Origin: Candidatus Latescibacterota bacterium
GTDB lineage: Bacteria; Latescibacterota; UBA2968; UBA8231
Direction: 5' to 3'
DNA: 64,000 nt
NCBI GenBank assembly: GCA_965203175.1
Contig: OZ241867.1
Span: 5,984,001-6,048,000, forward strand
Part shown: positions 35,289 to 45,291 of the stretch, one piece after another
How the letters are laid out: every line of letters begins with the position of its first letter
How positions within the stretch are numbered: position 1 is the first letter of the stretch
Notes under the pieces: generated by a model
What the model was told of the DNA's origin: nothing
Database searches by the model: none
The model's input: the letters and a program-made list of their open reading frames with translations, nothing else
Program-made: the position numbers and the translations under genes

Positions 35289-37531
35289 TCTCCCTACTGA
35301 AACGCCTACTCGCAGCCCGTCATCGCATCGCCTTTCATCTGTACATGGGCATCGGCACGGCCGTGGCCCTCACCATGGTCGCGAGTTTGGTGGCTTGGTT
35401 TTCCTTCGACCAAGTCGGCGATGCCCAAAGGCAGGTAAACGAGCGGGCCGTCCCAGAGATAGCCACCGCTTTTGCGGTCGCCCAGCAAAGCGGCACCCTC
35501 GCCGCGGCAGCTCCGCGCTTGGTGGCGGCCGAGACGCCGATGGCCTTCAATGAGGTCGCCGCTAAAGTCACCGCCGAGCGGGACGACTTTAAAAAGCAAT
35601 TGGCCGCCCTGACCCAGCAGGGCGCAGCCGAGCAACGCTTCGCGCGGATTCGCGCCCACGGCGACACCCTCATCGCCAACATCAACGCGATTGAGACTTC
35701 GGTGTCCAAGCGCTTTGAACTCAGAGAGCGCAGCCGTGGATTGCAAAAAAACCTAGAGACACTGCAAAACGAACTGGTCGGTATCTTGACTCCGGCCATC
35801 GACGATCAACTATTCTACGCAATGACCGGCTACCGCACCCTCGGCGAACCGCCCGCACCCCGTGCCCAGCACCTTTCAGAGGCCGAGCTTTCTCTTTATC
35901 GCGATCTGGCCGAGTTGCAGGAAGGGACCACTACGGCCACGCGCCTGCTGGCCAGTGCCTTCAACCTGTCGGACGCGCGCCTGCTAGAGCCCTTACAGGA
36001 GCGCTTCGACTCCACAGTCGACGGCATCGAACGAAAACTCGCCGCACTGGGCGCAGGCCCCTTGCACAGCGCACTTGACCACCAGACACCCAAAGTTGGC
36101 TTCCGCATCGAGCGTGCCTACTTGCATAGCGAACTCGACCCGACCTTTAACCGCCTGTTCGACTTGGGTCGAGGGGACGAAAAGATCTTCGCTCTACGCG
36201 CCTCGGAACTCCAGGTCGTCGAACAGCAACGGGCACTGCTCGACCGCAACCGCGATTTGTCCATTGAACTAGTCGCCGAGGTCGAGGGCCTAGTGAATAC
36301 GGCCCGCGGGAGCGCGCAGGAGGCCACGCAAACCTCCACCCAAGCCATCTTCACTGGCCGCAAGCTCCTGCTCGCTATTAACGCGGTCGGCATCGCCGGA
36401 GCGGTCCTGATCGCTTGGCTGTTCGTCGGCCGGATGCTGCTGCGCCGCCTCGAATTTCTGTCGAATCGCATGCGCCGGATGGCAGAAGGCGACCTAGAGG
36501 CAAAGATCGAGATGCCCGGGCGCGACGAGGTTGCCGACATGGCCGCGGCCCTCGAAATCTTCCGCCACAACTCGTTGGAGGCCCAGCGGCTCAACTTGGT
36601 GGAAAAGCTGGCCGCCGACTTGGAAGAGAAAAATTCCACGCTCGAAACGGTGCTTGCCGACTTGCAGCAGGCGCAGGATCAGATCGTCATGCGCGAAAAA
36701 CTAGCTGCACTGGGCGAGCTCACTGCGGGCGTGGCGCACGAAATCCAGAATCCCTTGAACTTCGTGAAGAACTTCGCGGAGGTTTCGGAGGAACTGTTAG
36801 AAGAGCTACAAGAGGTACTAGAGCAAGACGGCCAGAAGCTAGACGACGAGCAGCGCGAGCTAATCAACGAGATCAACGGCGACTTGACCGACAATCTCGG
36901 GCGCATCCGCCAACACGGCGACCGCGCCAACCGCATTGTCCGCGATATGCTGCAGATGGGTCGCGGGTCGGGCGAGGCACGGGCCACGGATATCAACGCC
37001 CTGCTCGAAGAACACGCCCGTCTCGCTTTCCACAGCGCCCGAGCGACCAATGCGGATTTTCAGCTTGACATCAAGGAAGAGTTAGACGAGGAGGTGGGGG
37101 AGTTAGACGTGGTCCCGCAGGATTTGGCCCGCGTCTTTCTGAACATGGTGAGCAATGCCTGCTACGCCACCAACGAGAAACGAAACGCTCCAGAGACGGC
37201 ATCCGACTACGTTCCCACGCTCTGGATCAGCTCCCAGCGAACACCCGATCAAGTCGAAGTCTGCATCCGCGACAATGGGAACGGGATCCCGCCGGATGTC
37301 GTCGACAAAATCTTCAACCCATTCTTTACGACTAAGCCGACCGATCAGGGAACCGGGCTCGGGCTCGCGCTGTCCAACGACATCGTGCGCGAACACGGGG
37401 GCACCATCAAGGTCCACTCCGAGCCTGGAGAATTTACCGAGATGACCATCGAGCTGCCTGCGGTGCGACCGTCAGCCCTGCAGTCAGCCGAAGCCAATCC
37501 AGACGCGACGACGCCCTCCTCTTCAGTTTGA
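35285..37531 (+). CDS. Membrane sensor histidine kinase with large helical periplasmic (TorS-like) domain and HAMP
   Basis: Two TM segments flank about 320 aa of helical periplasmic sequence. HAMP (GRDEVADMAAAL), H-box AHEIQNPL, N-box NMVSNA, DNGNG, FFTTK and GTGLGL. The TorS-like assignment is by resemblance. Confidence 0.88.
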   Translation: MISLLKRLLAARHRIAFHLYMGIGTAVALTMVASLVAWFSFDQVGDAQRQVNERAVPEIATAFAVAQQSGTLAAAAPRLVAAETPMAFNEVAAKVTAERDDFKKQLAALTQQGAAEQRFARIRAHGDTLIANINAIETSVSKRFELRERSRGLQKNLETLQNELVGILTPAIDDQLFYAMTGYRTLGEPPAPRAQHLSEAELSLYRDLAELQEGTTTATRLLASAFNLSDARLLEPLQERFDSTVDGIERKLAALGAGPLHSALDHQTPKVGFRIERAYLHSELDPTFNRLFDLGRGDEKIFALRASELQVVEQQRALLDRNRDLSIELVAEVEGLVNTARGSAQEATQTSTQAIFTGRKLLLAINAVGIAGAVLIAWLFVGRMLLRRLEFLSNRMRRMAEGDLEAKIEMPGRDEVADMAAALEIFRHNSLEAQRLNLVEKLAADLEEKNSTLETVLADLQQAQDQIVMREKLAALGELTAGVAHEIQNPLNFVKNFAEVSEELLEELQEVLEQDGQKLDDEQRELINEINGDLTDNLGRIRQHGDRANRIVRDMLQMGRGSGEARATDINALLEEHARLAFHSARATNADFQLDIKEELDEEVGELDVVPQDLARVFLNMVSNACYATNEKRNAPETASDYVPTLWISSQRTPDQVEVCIRDNGNGIPPDVVDKIFNPFFTTKPTDQGTGLGLALSNDIVREHGGTIKVHSEPGEFTEMTIELPAVRPSALQSAEANPDATTPSSSV

Positions 37532-37861
37532 TTACGACAGTGCGGCGAGTGCCTCTTCTTCGGAGGCGTGGATCGCAATGATCTTGTCAAAACCGCTGAT
37601 TTCGAAAATTTCCCGTATCGGCTCCGAAAGCGAGCATAGCGCGAACTGAGCACTGCGCTGCTGGAGCGTTTTGGCAATCAGCAGGAACGTCCGCAGGCCC
37701 GCACTGCTGATGTAGTTGATGGCCGCCAAATCGACGAGCACCGCGCTGCTGTCCGAGCCGATCGCCTCGCTTAAGGCCTCGTGGAAGTCGCGGGCATTGA
37801 CCCCGTCGATGCGGCCTTCGGGCTTGGCGATTAATACGCCATCCTTCTGTTCGGTGTTCAC
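37532..37861 (-). CDS. STAS-domain anti-anti-sigma factor (RsbV/SpoIIAA-like)
   Basis: GRID..A, VDLAAINYISSAGLR (phospho-Ser motif), IFEISGF; RBS GCAGGAG. Confidence 0.92.
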   Translation of the reverse strand: MNTEQKDGVLIAKPEGRIDGVNARDFHEALSEAIGSDSSAVLVDLAAINYISSAGLRTFLLIAKTLQQRSAQFALCSLSEPIREIFEISGFDKIIAIHASEEEALAALS

Positions 37862-37906
37862 TTGATCTCCTGCCTTTCTAAATGGTATGCACCGGCTGCT
37901 GGCCGG

Positions 37907-39292
37907 TTATGAATTGTTCCGAATTTGGTCAACGTCATCCTGGTCGGGCATGAGCACGAACTCAGGATACGCTTCGATTCCGAGCTCTGCGGCATCCTGG
38001 CCGAGTTCTTCAACGGTTTGCGACACCCGCGCCCCGATTGTCTTGCCTATAACAAACCACGCGAGCCACGAAGCCGCAAACGTAAACGCGCCAACCGCCA
38101 ACACCCCGATGAGCTGAACGCCAAGGTTGCCACCGGCTGCAATGCAGACTGCCAGGGTCCCCCAAATGCCGGCGAATAAGTGGGCCGGAATCGCACCGAC
38201 AACATCGTCTACCTTGACGATCTCCAACACCCTCATCGCGCCGACGCACACCACACCGCCTATAGCACCAATTATGAGCGACCAGTGGTGATCGACGATA
38301 TCTGGCCCAGCCGTAATAGAGACGAGGCCACCGAGCGCGCCGTTGAGGACAGCGAGCAGATCGATGCGTCCTAAGATCGGCCGCGATACGATGAGAGCAG
38401 CTATGACGCCGGCCGCGGCCGCAAGATTGGTATTCACGAGTACATTGCTCATGGCGACGGCATCGAGCGCGCTCGATAGCGCAAGCTGCGAGCCACCGTT
38501 GAAGCCGAACCACCCGAGCCACAAAATAAAGACGCCCAAGGTCACGGCGGGGATGTTGGAAGGCGCCGTGGCCTTGACGCTGCCGTCGGCGCGAAATTTC
38601 CCGTGCCGCGCCCCGACGACGAGTGCGCCGGCGAGCGCAGCCCAACCTCCGGTCGAATGCACGATGGTAGAGCCGGCGAAATCCTTAAACCCCATGGCAC
38701 TCAGCCAGCCGCCACCCCAAGTCCAAGCCCCGACAATGGGATAGATGATTGTAGTCAACACGGCCGTAAAAACGAGAAACGCCCACAACTTCACCCGCTC
38801 GGCCAGCGCGCCCGATACAATAGAAGCGGTCGTCGCCACAAAGACCATCTGGAAAAACCAGTCCGACATTTTGGCATGGCCGGCCTTTGTCACGTCTGCC
38901 GCGGCCGAGGCCTGACCGGACAACAGCTTGAGCTCATCGTCCGAAGGCCCGTATAAAAACTTGAGCGTGCCGATCCAGCCTTCCTGAACATCGACGTACA
39001 TGAGGTTGTACCCAACCAAGTAGTACGTGATCCCGGCAATCGAATAAAGCCCGATGTTCTTGAGGCAGATCATGGAGGCGTTCTTGGTGCGCACGGACCC
39101 AGCTTCGAGCATGGTAAAGCCCGCGCACATCCACATTATGAGCGCGCCCCAAACGAGAAACGAGAAAGTATTGAGGATGAATTGCAGTTCTTCGCCGCTC
39201 GCAGCATAAGCCCCAGTCGCCCCCATTAGGAGGCTGGAGGCCACAATAAATCCGCCCACCCGCAATGCGCTGCCACTCGAGTTTCCAAGCAT
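37907..39292 (-). CDS. amt: Ammonium transporter (Amt family)
   Basis: FFQMVF..IVSGALAER, DFAGSTIVH, WFGFNGGS and DDVVGAIPAH (twin His retained). Confidence 0.95.
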   Translation of the reverse strand: MLGNSSGSALRVGGFIVASSLLMGATGAYAASGEELQFILNTFSFLVWGALIMWMCAGFTMLEAGSVRTKNASMICLKNIGLYSIAGITYYLVGYNLMYVDVQEGWIGTLKFLYGPSDDELKLLSGQASAAADVTKAGHAKMSDWFFQMVFVATTASIVSGALAERVKLWAFLVFTAVLTTIIYPIVGAWTWGGGWLSAMGFKDFAGSTIVHSTGGWAALAGALVVGARHGKFRADGSVKATAPSNIPAVTLGVFILWLGWFGFNGGSQLALSSALDAVAMSNVLVNTNLAAAAGVIAALIVSRPILGRIDLLAVLNGALGGLVSITAGPDIVDHHWSLIIGAIGGVVCVGAMRVLEIVKVDDVVGAIPAHLFAGIWGTLAVCIAAGGNLGVQLIGVLAVGAFTFAASWLAWFVIGKTIGARVSQTVEELGQDAAELGIEAYPEFVLMPDQDDVDQIRNNS

Positions 39293-39496
39293 ATTGATCT
39301 CCCTCCTTTGATCGAGCAGATCTTACTTCAGCGGTTTTATACTATAGCCAATCGCCAATCCTCTCGCAATCACCAAATCGCTTCCCAAATCTCCAAACAA
39401 CAGGGGTTGAATATCGCTTATTTCTGCAAAAAATAAAACGACAAAATCCCTTCGGAATATTAAAAATATATTGAATACGGTTGCAATTAGCAGTTC

Positions 39497-40294
39497 CTAC
39501 ACCCGCCCGTCGAATTCGCGTCCCCTGATCAACATAAAGCGAAATTCGCCGCGCGGCTTTTCGCACTCGGTCATCAGGCGCTGTTCTTCGCTTCCAGCAC
39601 CGATATACATGGTCTCCGAGCGGAGGTAGTGCAGGGCTAGGCCGCGCCGCCGGTTGGGCGTGGGATTGGCACCCGTGCGGTGGAAGCTGAGGCCGTGGTG
39701 GAACAAACAGGAGCCAGCCGGCAATTCCACTGGTACAGGCTCGGGGATCAGGGGATTTTCCAAAAAGCGAGCTTTGTGCGCCGAATTGATAGGCCCCCAT
39801 TTATGGCTGCCCGGCAGTACGGTCATGCAGCCGTTTTCCACGGTGGCGTCGTCGAGGGCGACCCAGCAGGAGACGTGATCTTGCGGCGCAAACTGTGGCC
39901 ACGCCACGGAATCCTGGTGCCAGTCAGTGACCGTGCCGTGATAGCGCGCCTTCATCATCAACTGGTCGCAGTAGAGTTTGATATTGGGACCGAGCAAGTC
40001 CTCGATGACATCGACGATCTCCGCCTTGCGGGCCACGGCCTCAAAGAGAGGATCGAAATAGCACAGGTGGGTCATTTTGCGCACCTGATCGAGGCGATCC
40101 ACCTCAGCGTCCTCTTCCTCGCGGAAGGCGGCTTCCAACTGGACATAGCGCGGTGGCACGTGGTCGGCTTGGCCCCGAGCGATCTCCTCGCTGCGCTGGC
40201 GCAGGACCTGCAATTCCCCGTCGGCGAGGATCCGGTGATAAGGCAGGTAGCCCCGTTCCTCAAAGTGGCTTTTCTGTTCTTGCGTCAAGGCCAT
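39497..40294 (-). CDS. Phytanoyl-CoA dioxygenase (PhyH) family Fe/2OG enzyme
   Basis: Start MALTQEQK; WHQD, WVALDDA..NGC..PGSH and H.TGAN....RR. Confidence 0.88.
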   Translation of the reverse strand: MALTQEQKSHFEERGYLPYHRILADGELQVLRQRSEEIARGQADHVPPRYVQLEAAFREEEDAEVDRLDQVRKMTHLCYFDPLFEAVARKAEIVDVIEDLLGPNIKLYCDQLMMKARYHGTVTDWHQDSVAWPQFAPQDHVSCWVALDDATVENGCMTVLPGSHKWGPINSAHKARFLENPLIPEPVPVELPAGSCLFHHGLSFHRTGANPTPNRRRGLALHYLRSETMYIGAGSEEQRLMTECEKPRGEFRFMLIRGREFDGRV

Positions 40295-40304
40295 GACTAC
40301 TGGA

Positions 40305-40988
40305 CTAGCCCCCCATCTCAGCGCGGATCTCCCGAATCCAATCGACGCTCTGGCGCACCTTGGCTTCCAAGCCATCCCAGTCCTTGGCGGCGACAAGTTC
40401 CTTAGTAATCAGCTTGGAGCCAGCCCCGACAGCGGCAACGCCGGCCTCAAACCACGCCTCCAAACTCTCGCGGGTGGCATCGACGCCGCCGGTGGGCATA
40501 ATCCGGGTCCAAGGACAAGGGCCGAGCACGGATTTGACAAAGGCCGGACCGCCGACTTCGCTGCCGGGGAACACTTTGACGATCTCGACGCCTAGCTCCT
40601 CGGCCTGGCCTATCTCGCTGACCGAGCCGCAGCCGGGCGAATAGGCAATTTTGCGGCGATTGCACAGGCGGGCGACCTCCTCGTTGAGCAAGGGGCCGAC
40701 GACGAAGTTCGCGCCGTTGGCAATGTAAAGGGCCGCGGTGGGCGCGTCGCAGATCGAGCCAACCCCCATGATGATGTCGATTTTCTCGGCCATCACGTGG
40801 CGCACGGTCTCGGTGAAGACGTGGTAGGCCAAATCGCCGCGATTGGTGAATTCAGCGCAGCGAGCACCCCCTCGAGCGCAGGCTTCGACGATGTGAATGG
40901 TGGTTTCTGGATCGGCGTTGTAAAAGACCGGGACAATACCCGTGTCGTAGATGGCGTTGAGAACGGCCATCCGGTCGTACTGGGCCAT
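40305..40988 (-). CDS. eda: KDPG/KHG aldolase
   Basis: EFTNR, GANFVVGP, VKVFP, IMPTGGV and AVGAGS. Confidence 0.9.
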   Translation of the reverse strand: MAQYDRMAVLNAIYDTGIVPVFYNADPETTIHIVEACARGGARCAEFTNRGDLAYHVFTETVRHVMAEKIDIIMGVGSICDAPTAALYIANGANFVVGPLLNEEVARLCNRRKIAYSPGCGSVSEIGQAEELGVEIVKVFPGSEVGGPAFVKSVLGPCPWTRIMPTGGVDATRESLEAWFEAGVAAVGAGSKLITKELVAAKDWDGLEAKVRQSVDWIREIRAEMGG

Positions 40989-41007
40989 TGTGTCTCCTTA
41001 AAGCGAA

Positions 41008-41769
41008 TTATCGAGAAGAATGAGCAAAGGGCACGTGCTGCTCGGGAAAATTGCCGTAGCTGTCCTCGCCGCGCACCAAGACGGTCGGATACTTGTTGCC
41101 CAGCGAGTTGAGCTCGGGCTGCGCAACGTGCGGGGCGACGTAGCGCAGCGTCAGTCCGCAGCGGCGGCGATTGGAGGTGTTGGGGTTGCTGGCGTGGAAT
41201 ACTTGGCCGTCGTGAATGGATATCTGGCCCGGCGCGAGCACCAAATCGACGGCTTGGCTGTCATCGACGAGTTCGTCGGGGATCTCCTGATTAATGCTGA
41301 GCAAGTTGCCGGCTCTGGCCGACTCGCCGTGAGTGGCAATGCCGTTTTTGTGCGAGCCGGGGATGACCCGCATACAGCCGTTTTCCACATCGCTGGCATC
41401 CACGGCCACCCAAGCGGTGTGGGCCTCGGGCGGCTCTAAGCCCCAGTAGGTGACGTCCTGGTGCCAAGCCACAAAGTGCTTGGCCTCTGGGTCGGGATAT
41501 TTGCAGAAAAAGTGCGTTGAAAGCAGCATAATGTCCTCGCCCATGACCTCCTGCATGGCGTCGAGGATGCGCGGATCCGTGGCCATCTGCCAGATGAATT
41601 CCTCGTCGAGATGGCGGGCTTGCAAGCCGATCTGGCACTTTTCTCGGCCCTCGCGGGCTTCCAACTCGTCGAAGCAGGCGCGAAAATGATCAATCTCGCT
41701 GGCGCTGAACAGCTCGACGCCTGTGAGAAAGCCCTGCTCGGCATACGTCTGGGTGGCGTCTTGAGTCAT
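41008..41769 (-). CDS. PhyH family Fe/2OG dioxygenase
   Basis: Start MTQDATQ; WHQDVTYW, NGCMRVIPGSH and HASNPN....RR. Confidence 0.88.
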   Translation of the reverse strand: MTQDATQTYAEQGFLTGVELFSASEIDHFRACFDELEAREGREKCQIGLQARHLDEEFIWQMATDPRILDAMQEVMGEDIMLLSTHFFCKYPDPEAKHFVAWHQDVTYWGLEPPEAHTAWVAVDASDVENGCMRVIPGSHKNGIATHGESARAGNLLSINQEIPDELVDDSQAVDLVLAPGQISIHDGQVFHASNPNTSNRRRCGLTLRYVAPHVAQPELNSLGNKYPTVLVRGEDSYGNFPEQHVPFAHSSR

Positions 41770-41875
41770 AGTGGCTCCGTTTTTGTAGGGCTGCGGTTCC
41801 GTGTATATATTGCACAAATCCCCCGCGCGAAACAAGACTCGATTCGCCGCGTCAACACATATGAGGAAGGCCGCA

Positions 41876-43108
41876 ATGGGCAGTGTGCAAATCAACGAGG
41901 ATCTGCTATCGGACAGCACCTATTTTGCCCCAGCAAGTCGGCGTGCCGCGCTAGCAGAAATGTTCGAATTCCGCGACCGACGGGTCGTATTCGGGGCGGG
42001 TGCCCTGTCGCAGCTGGCCGATGAGTGCGTCCGTCTCGGCGCGGGCCGGGTGCTGCTCATCCACGATCCAGGCATCGCTCCACTCGTCGATTTAGTCCGC
42101 CAAGCCCTCGGCGATTTAGACGTGGTGAGCGCGTACAGCAAGATCGCGCCCAATCCCTCCGTGCAGAGTGTCGATGCCTGCGCACACGCACTGGCAGCCA
42201 CGGACTTCGACGTAGCCATCGCCTTGGGCGGGGGCAGCACCATGGATACGGCCAAATCCGCGCTCTGCACCGCTGCCAATGGTGGCTCTGTGGCCGATTA
42301 CTTTGGCTTTGACCTGTACGAAAAACCACCGCTGGCCCCACTCGTCGGCATCCCAACCACCGCGGGCACGGGCAGCGAGGTCAGCCGGGTGGCCGTAATC
42401 GCCGACGCAACCGGCAAGAAGGCCGTGTACAGCAGCTATTTACAGCCAAAGGGCGCGATAGTGGACCCGCATTTGCACCAGAACATGCCGCCAGTATTGA
42501 CCGCGATCACCGGCTTGGATGCCCTCGGGCACGCCCTCGAATGCACGGCTTCCACCAAGAGCAATGCCATCGGCGACGCCGTAGCGCGAGCGGCCCTGAC
42601 CGCAGGCTGCCCGGCGTACGTGCAAGCCGTAGTCCACGGCGACCTCGACGCGCGCTATCAAATGGCGCGCTGTGCCCTCCTCGCCGGACTGCTGTTGAGT
42701 CCGATCAACACTGGGGCCGGCCACGCACTCGGCTACGGGATCGAGAAGGTTTCCTTTGAGCGTGGCACACCCGTGCCGCACGGCGCGGCCGTGGCCCTCG
42801 TCTTGCCCGGGGTAATGCGGCACAACGCCCCGGCTGTGGCCGACAAATACTACTTTGCCGCGGGAGCCGCCGGGCTGGCGCTAGGTGGCAAGAGCCGCGA
42901 GGAAGGGGTCGAGTTGGCCGCGGAGTGGATCGACGGGTTGCGGCGGCAGCACACCCCCTACGGCTCGCTGAGCGCGGCCGGGATAAGCGCCGCCGACATT
43001 CCGCAAATGGTCGAAAGCGCCCTGAGCGTCCAGCGCTTGCTCGAACCCAATCCGGTCGCAGTGGAAGCAGACGATGCGGCCCGCATCTATCAGAACGCAC
43101 TAAACTAA
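41876..43108 (+). CDS. Iron-containing alcohol dehydrogenase family
   Basis: GGGSTMDTAK, IPTTAGTGSE, DALGHALE, GHALG and PHG; RBS GAGGAAGG before ATG 41876. Confidence 0.88.
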   Translation: MGSVQINEDLLSDSTYFAPASRRAALAEMFEFRDRRVVFGAGALSQLADECVRLGAGRVLLIHDPGIAPLVDLVRQALGDLDVVSAYSKIAPNPSVQSVDACAHALAATDFDVAIALGGGSTMDTAKSALCTAANGGSVADYFGFDLYEKPPLAPLVGIPTTAGTGSEVSRVAVIADATGKKAVYSSYLQPKGAIVDPHLHQNMPPVLTAITGLDALGHALECTASTKSNAIGDAVARAALTAGCPAYVQAVVHGDLDARYQMARCALLAGLLLSPINTGAGHALGYGIEKVSFERGTPVPHGAAVALVLPGVMRHNAPAVADKYYFAAGAAGLALGGKSREEGVELAAEWIDGLRRQHTPYGSLSAAGISAADIPQMVESALSVQRLLEPNPVAVEADDAARIYQNALN

Positions 43109-43126
43109 AGCGAAAGGAAACGCGCA

Positions 43127-43600
43127 ATGGCGTTTGATCCTCAGCTTCAGCGGCAAATTATGGGCCGCTTTGCCACCGGCGTCACCGTGGTGACCACCTC
43201 CTGCGACGGCCAACTTTGGGGCATGACGGCCAACGCGGTCATGTCGCTTTCCCTGTCGCCGCCGCTGGTGGTGGTCTCGGTTGACAAAAGCGCGTCCATG
43301 CACGGCCTGTTGCAAAAAGCCGAGGGCTTTGCCATCAACATCCTCAAGCGGGAGCAGGAGGACCTCTCCGTGCGCTTTGCCCAGCGCGGCCCCAAGGACT
43401 TTGCGGACCTGGCGACCAAAGTGGCCCAAACCGGCGCGCCGATTTTAGCCGACGCCTTGGCCTATGTGGACTGCAAGCTAGTGGACATCGCGGCCGCGGG
43501 CGACCACGACATGTTCATCGGCGAATGCCTCGCCGGCGAGGTGGGCGATGGCGCACCGCTGATCTTCTTCGGCGGGCAATACGCCGAGTTGGCAGATTAG
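43127..43600 (+). CDS. Flavin reductase (HpaC/RutF-like)
   Basis: FATGVTVVT, GMTAN..SLSLSPP and GDH. Confidence 0.92.
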   Translation: MAFDPQLQRQIMGRFATGVTVVTTSCDGQLWGMTANAVMSLSLSPPLVVVSVDKSASMHGLLQKAEGFAINILKREQEDLSVRFAQRGPKDFADLATKVAQTGAPILADALAYVDCKLVDIAAAGDHDMFIGECLAGEVGDGAPLIFFGGQYAELAD

Positions 43601-43624
43601 ACTTACCCAAGAGAAAGGAATGCT

Positions 43625-44029
43625 GTGATGAGCAAAAAAATCGTCAAAAGCGAAGCCGAGTGGCAGCAGGAACTCACCGAAGAGCAATACCACGTAACCC
43701 GGCAGAAGGGTACCGAGCGCGCCTTTACTGGCGAGTACAATAGCAATAAAGAGCAGGGCGTCTATCGCTGCGTCTGCTGCGGTAGCGAGCTGTTCAGTTC
43801 GGAGACCAAGTACGATTCGCGGTCCGGTTGGCCCAGTTTCTGGCAGCCCGTCTCAAAGGACAAGGTCGCCGAGGAGCGCGACATCAGCCACGGCATGGTG
43901 CGCACCGAAGTGCTGTGCAGCCAGTGCGACGCCCACCTCGGCCACGTCTTCCCCGACGGCCCTCAGCCGACCGGCCTGCGCTACTGCATGAACTCAGCGG
44001 CGCTCAAATTCGAGCGCGAGCAGGAGTAA
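43625..44029 (+). CDS. msrB: Peptide-methionine (R)-S-oxide reductase
   Basis: GTERAF, CVCC, SGWPSF, RTEV.C..C.AHLGHVF.DGP and RYCMNS. Confidence 0.96.
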   Translation: MMSKKIVKSEAEWQQELTEEQYHVTRQKGTERAFTGEYNSNKEQGVYRCVCCGSELFSSETKYDSRSGWPSFWQPVSKDKVAEERDISHGMVRTEVLCSQCDAHLGHVFPDGPQPTGLRYCMNSAALKFEREQE

Positions 44030-44031
44030 TC

Positions 44032-45267
44032 TCAACGCTCTAGCACGATCCCCTCGCGCTCAATCCGGCTGAACATCGCCCGGTACTCCTCCGTACCGTC
44101 GTCGTCCCAATACTCCGTTTCAATGGGCGCGGCATAGCTCATAGGCATCAGGCGGTTGCGGTCGGGCCGCACCATGAAAATCGAGTTGGCCGGATCGGCG
44201 ATGTTGTACATGCGGGTGCTGTTTTTGAAGCGCGATTTGATGATCCACTTTTCTTGTGCCGGCAGCTCTAGCGCTTTCAGCCGCTCCAGTTCTTCCCGGT
44301 CTAAAGTCAGCCCCAGCCCCGGTTTTTCCGGCACCCGCACAAAGCCGTTGATCGGGTCCAGCCGCTCTTCTACCACGTCGCTTTGCCAGACCTCGTAATC
44401 GTTGTGGCAGTGGAAGGTCGCCGTGGGCGCAGCGGCCATCATGTGTACGACCATGGCGCGGGTGATGGCACCGCCGACGTTTTGCAGCATAAAGGGCTTG
44501 CCCGCCGCGGCAAACAAGCCAGCGCGGCGCATGGCATCGCCGATTTTTGCGTGCCCGAGCATGTAGATATCGGCCGGCTCCATCAGCACCTCATAGGTGG
44601 CCCCCAGCGGGAAGTGGTGCAAGACGACGGGCCGCTTGGCTCGCTTGCGCAGGTCGATGTAGCCCTCGATGTCTCCGGGCGGCAACGGGTCCTCAAAGCA
44701 ACCGGCAATCGGATACTCGGCTAGCCTTTCCACCAGCTCGGGCATGTGGTCGTCCGTGCCGTGCATGGTGAAGTCGTAGTGGATCTTGAAGCCGGGCGGC
44801 GCAACGGCCTGCATGGCCTCGGTCTGGTCAAAGACGTTTTCAAACGGCGAGAGGTGGTACTTCAGCCAAGTGTAGCCCTCTGCCGCGTAGCGGGTTACGG
44901 TCTCGGCCATGTGCTCGGGATGGGTCGATACGGTCCAAGCACCCACGGGCACAAACGACCGATACTTCTGGCCGAACAGCTTATAGACGGGAACGCCGGC
45001 AGCCTGCCCCATCAGGTCGTACATAGCCGTGCCCAACCCCAGCGAGGTCTCATCGCCGATCCAGTCAAAGGGGTTGCTGCCGATGTATTGGTCAATGGTC
45101 TCCTGCGGCTCGGGCCTCCCGCTCTCGCCGAGGCCAATCCGACCGTCGTCGGTGTGGGCGATGTAGATCGTGCGGCGCGCGGGGCCGTAGTAGTGGTTGA
45201 GCGGGTAGGCGATCCAGTCGTGGTACGCGAGTGCGATTTCGTGGACTTCGATTTGGGTAACTTGCAT
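44032..45267 (-). CDS. Mandelate racemase/muconate lactonizing (enolase superfamily) protein
   Basis: TDDGRIGLGE, DLMGQAAGVPVYKLFG, FEDP and VPEKPGLG. Confidence 0.85.
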   Translation of the reverse strand: MQVTQIEVHEIALAYHDWIAYPLNHYYGPARRTIYIAHTDDGRIGLGESGRPEPQETIDQYIGSNPFDWIGDETSLGLGTAMYDLMGQAAGVPVYKLFGQKYRSFVPVGAWTVSTHPEHMAETVTRYAAEGYTWLKYHLSPFENVFDQTEAMQAVAPPGFKIHYDFTMHGTDDHMPELVERLAEYPIAGCFEDPLPPGDIEGYIDLRKRAKRPVVLHHFPLGATYEVLMEPADIYMLGHAKIGDAMRRAGLFAAAGKPFMLQNVGGAITRAMVVHMMAAAPTATFHCHNDYEVWQSDVVEERLDPINGFVRVPEKPGLGLTLDREELERLKALELPAQEKWIIKSRFKNSTRMYNIADPANSIFMVRPDRNRLMPMSYAAPIETEYWDDDGTEEYRAMFSRIEREGIVLER

Positions 45268-45291
45268 GATGGGATGCCTTTCCGCTCAGAG

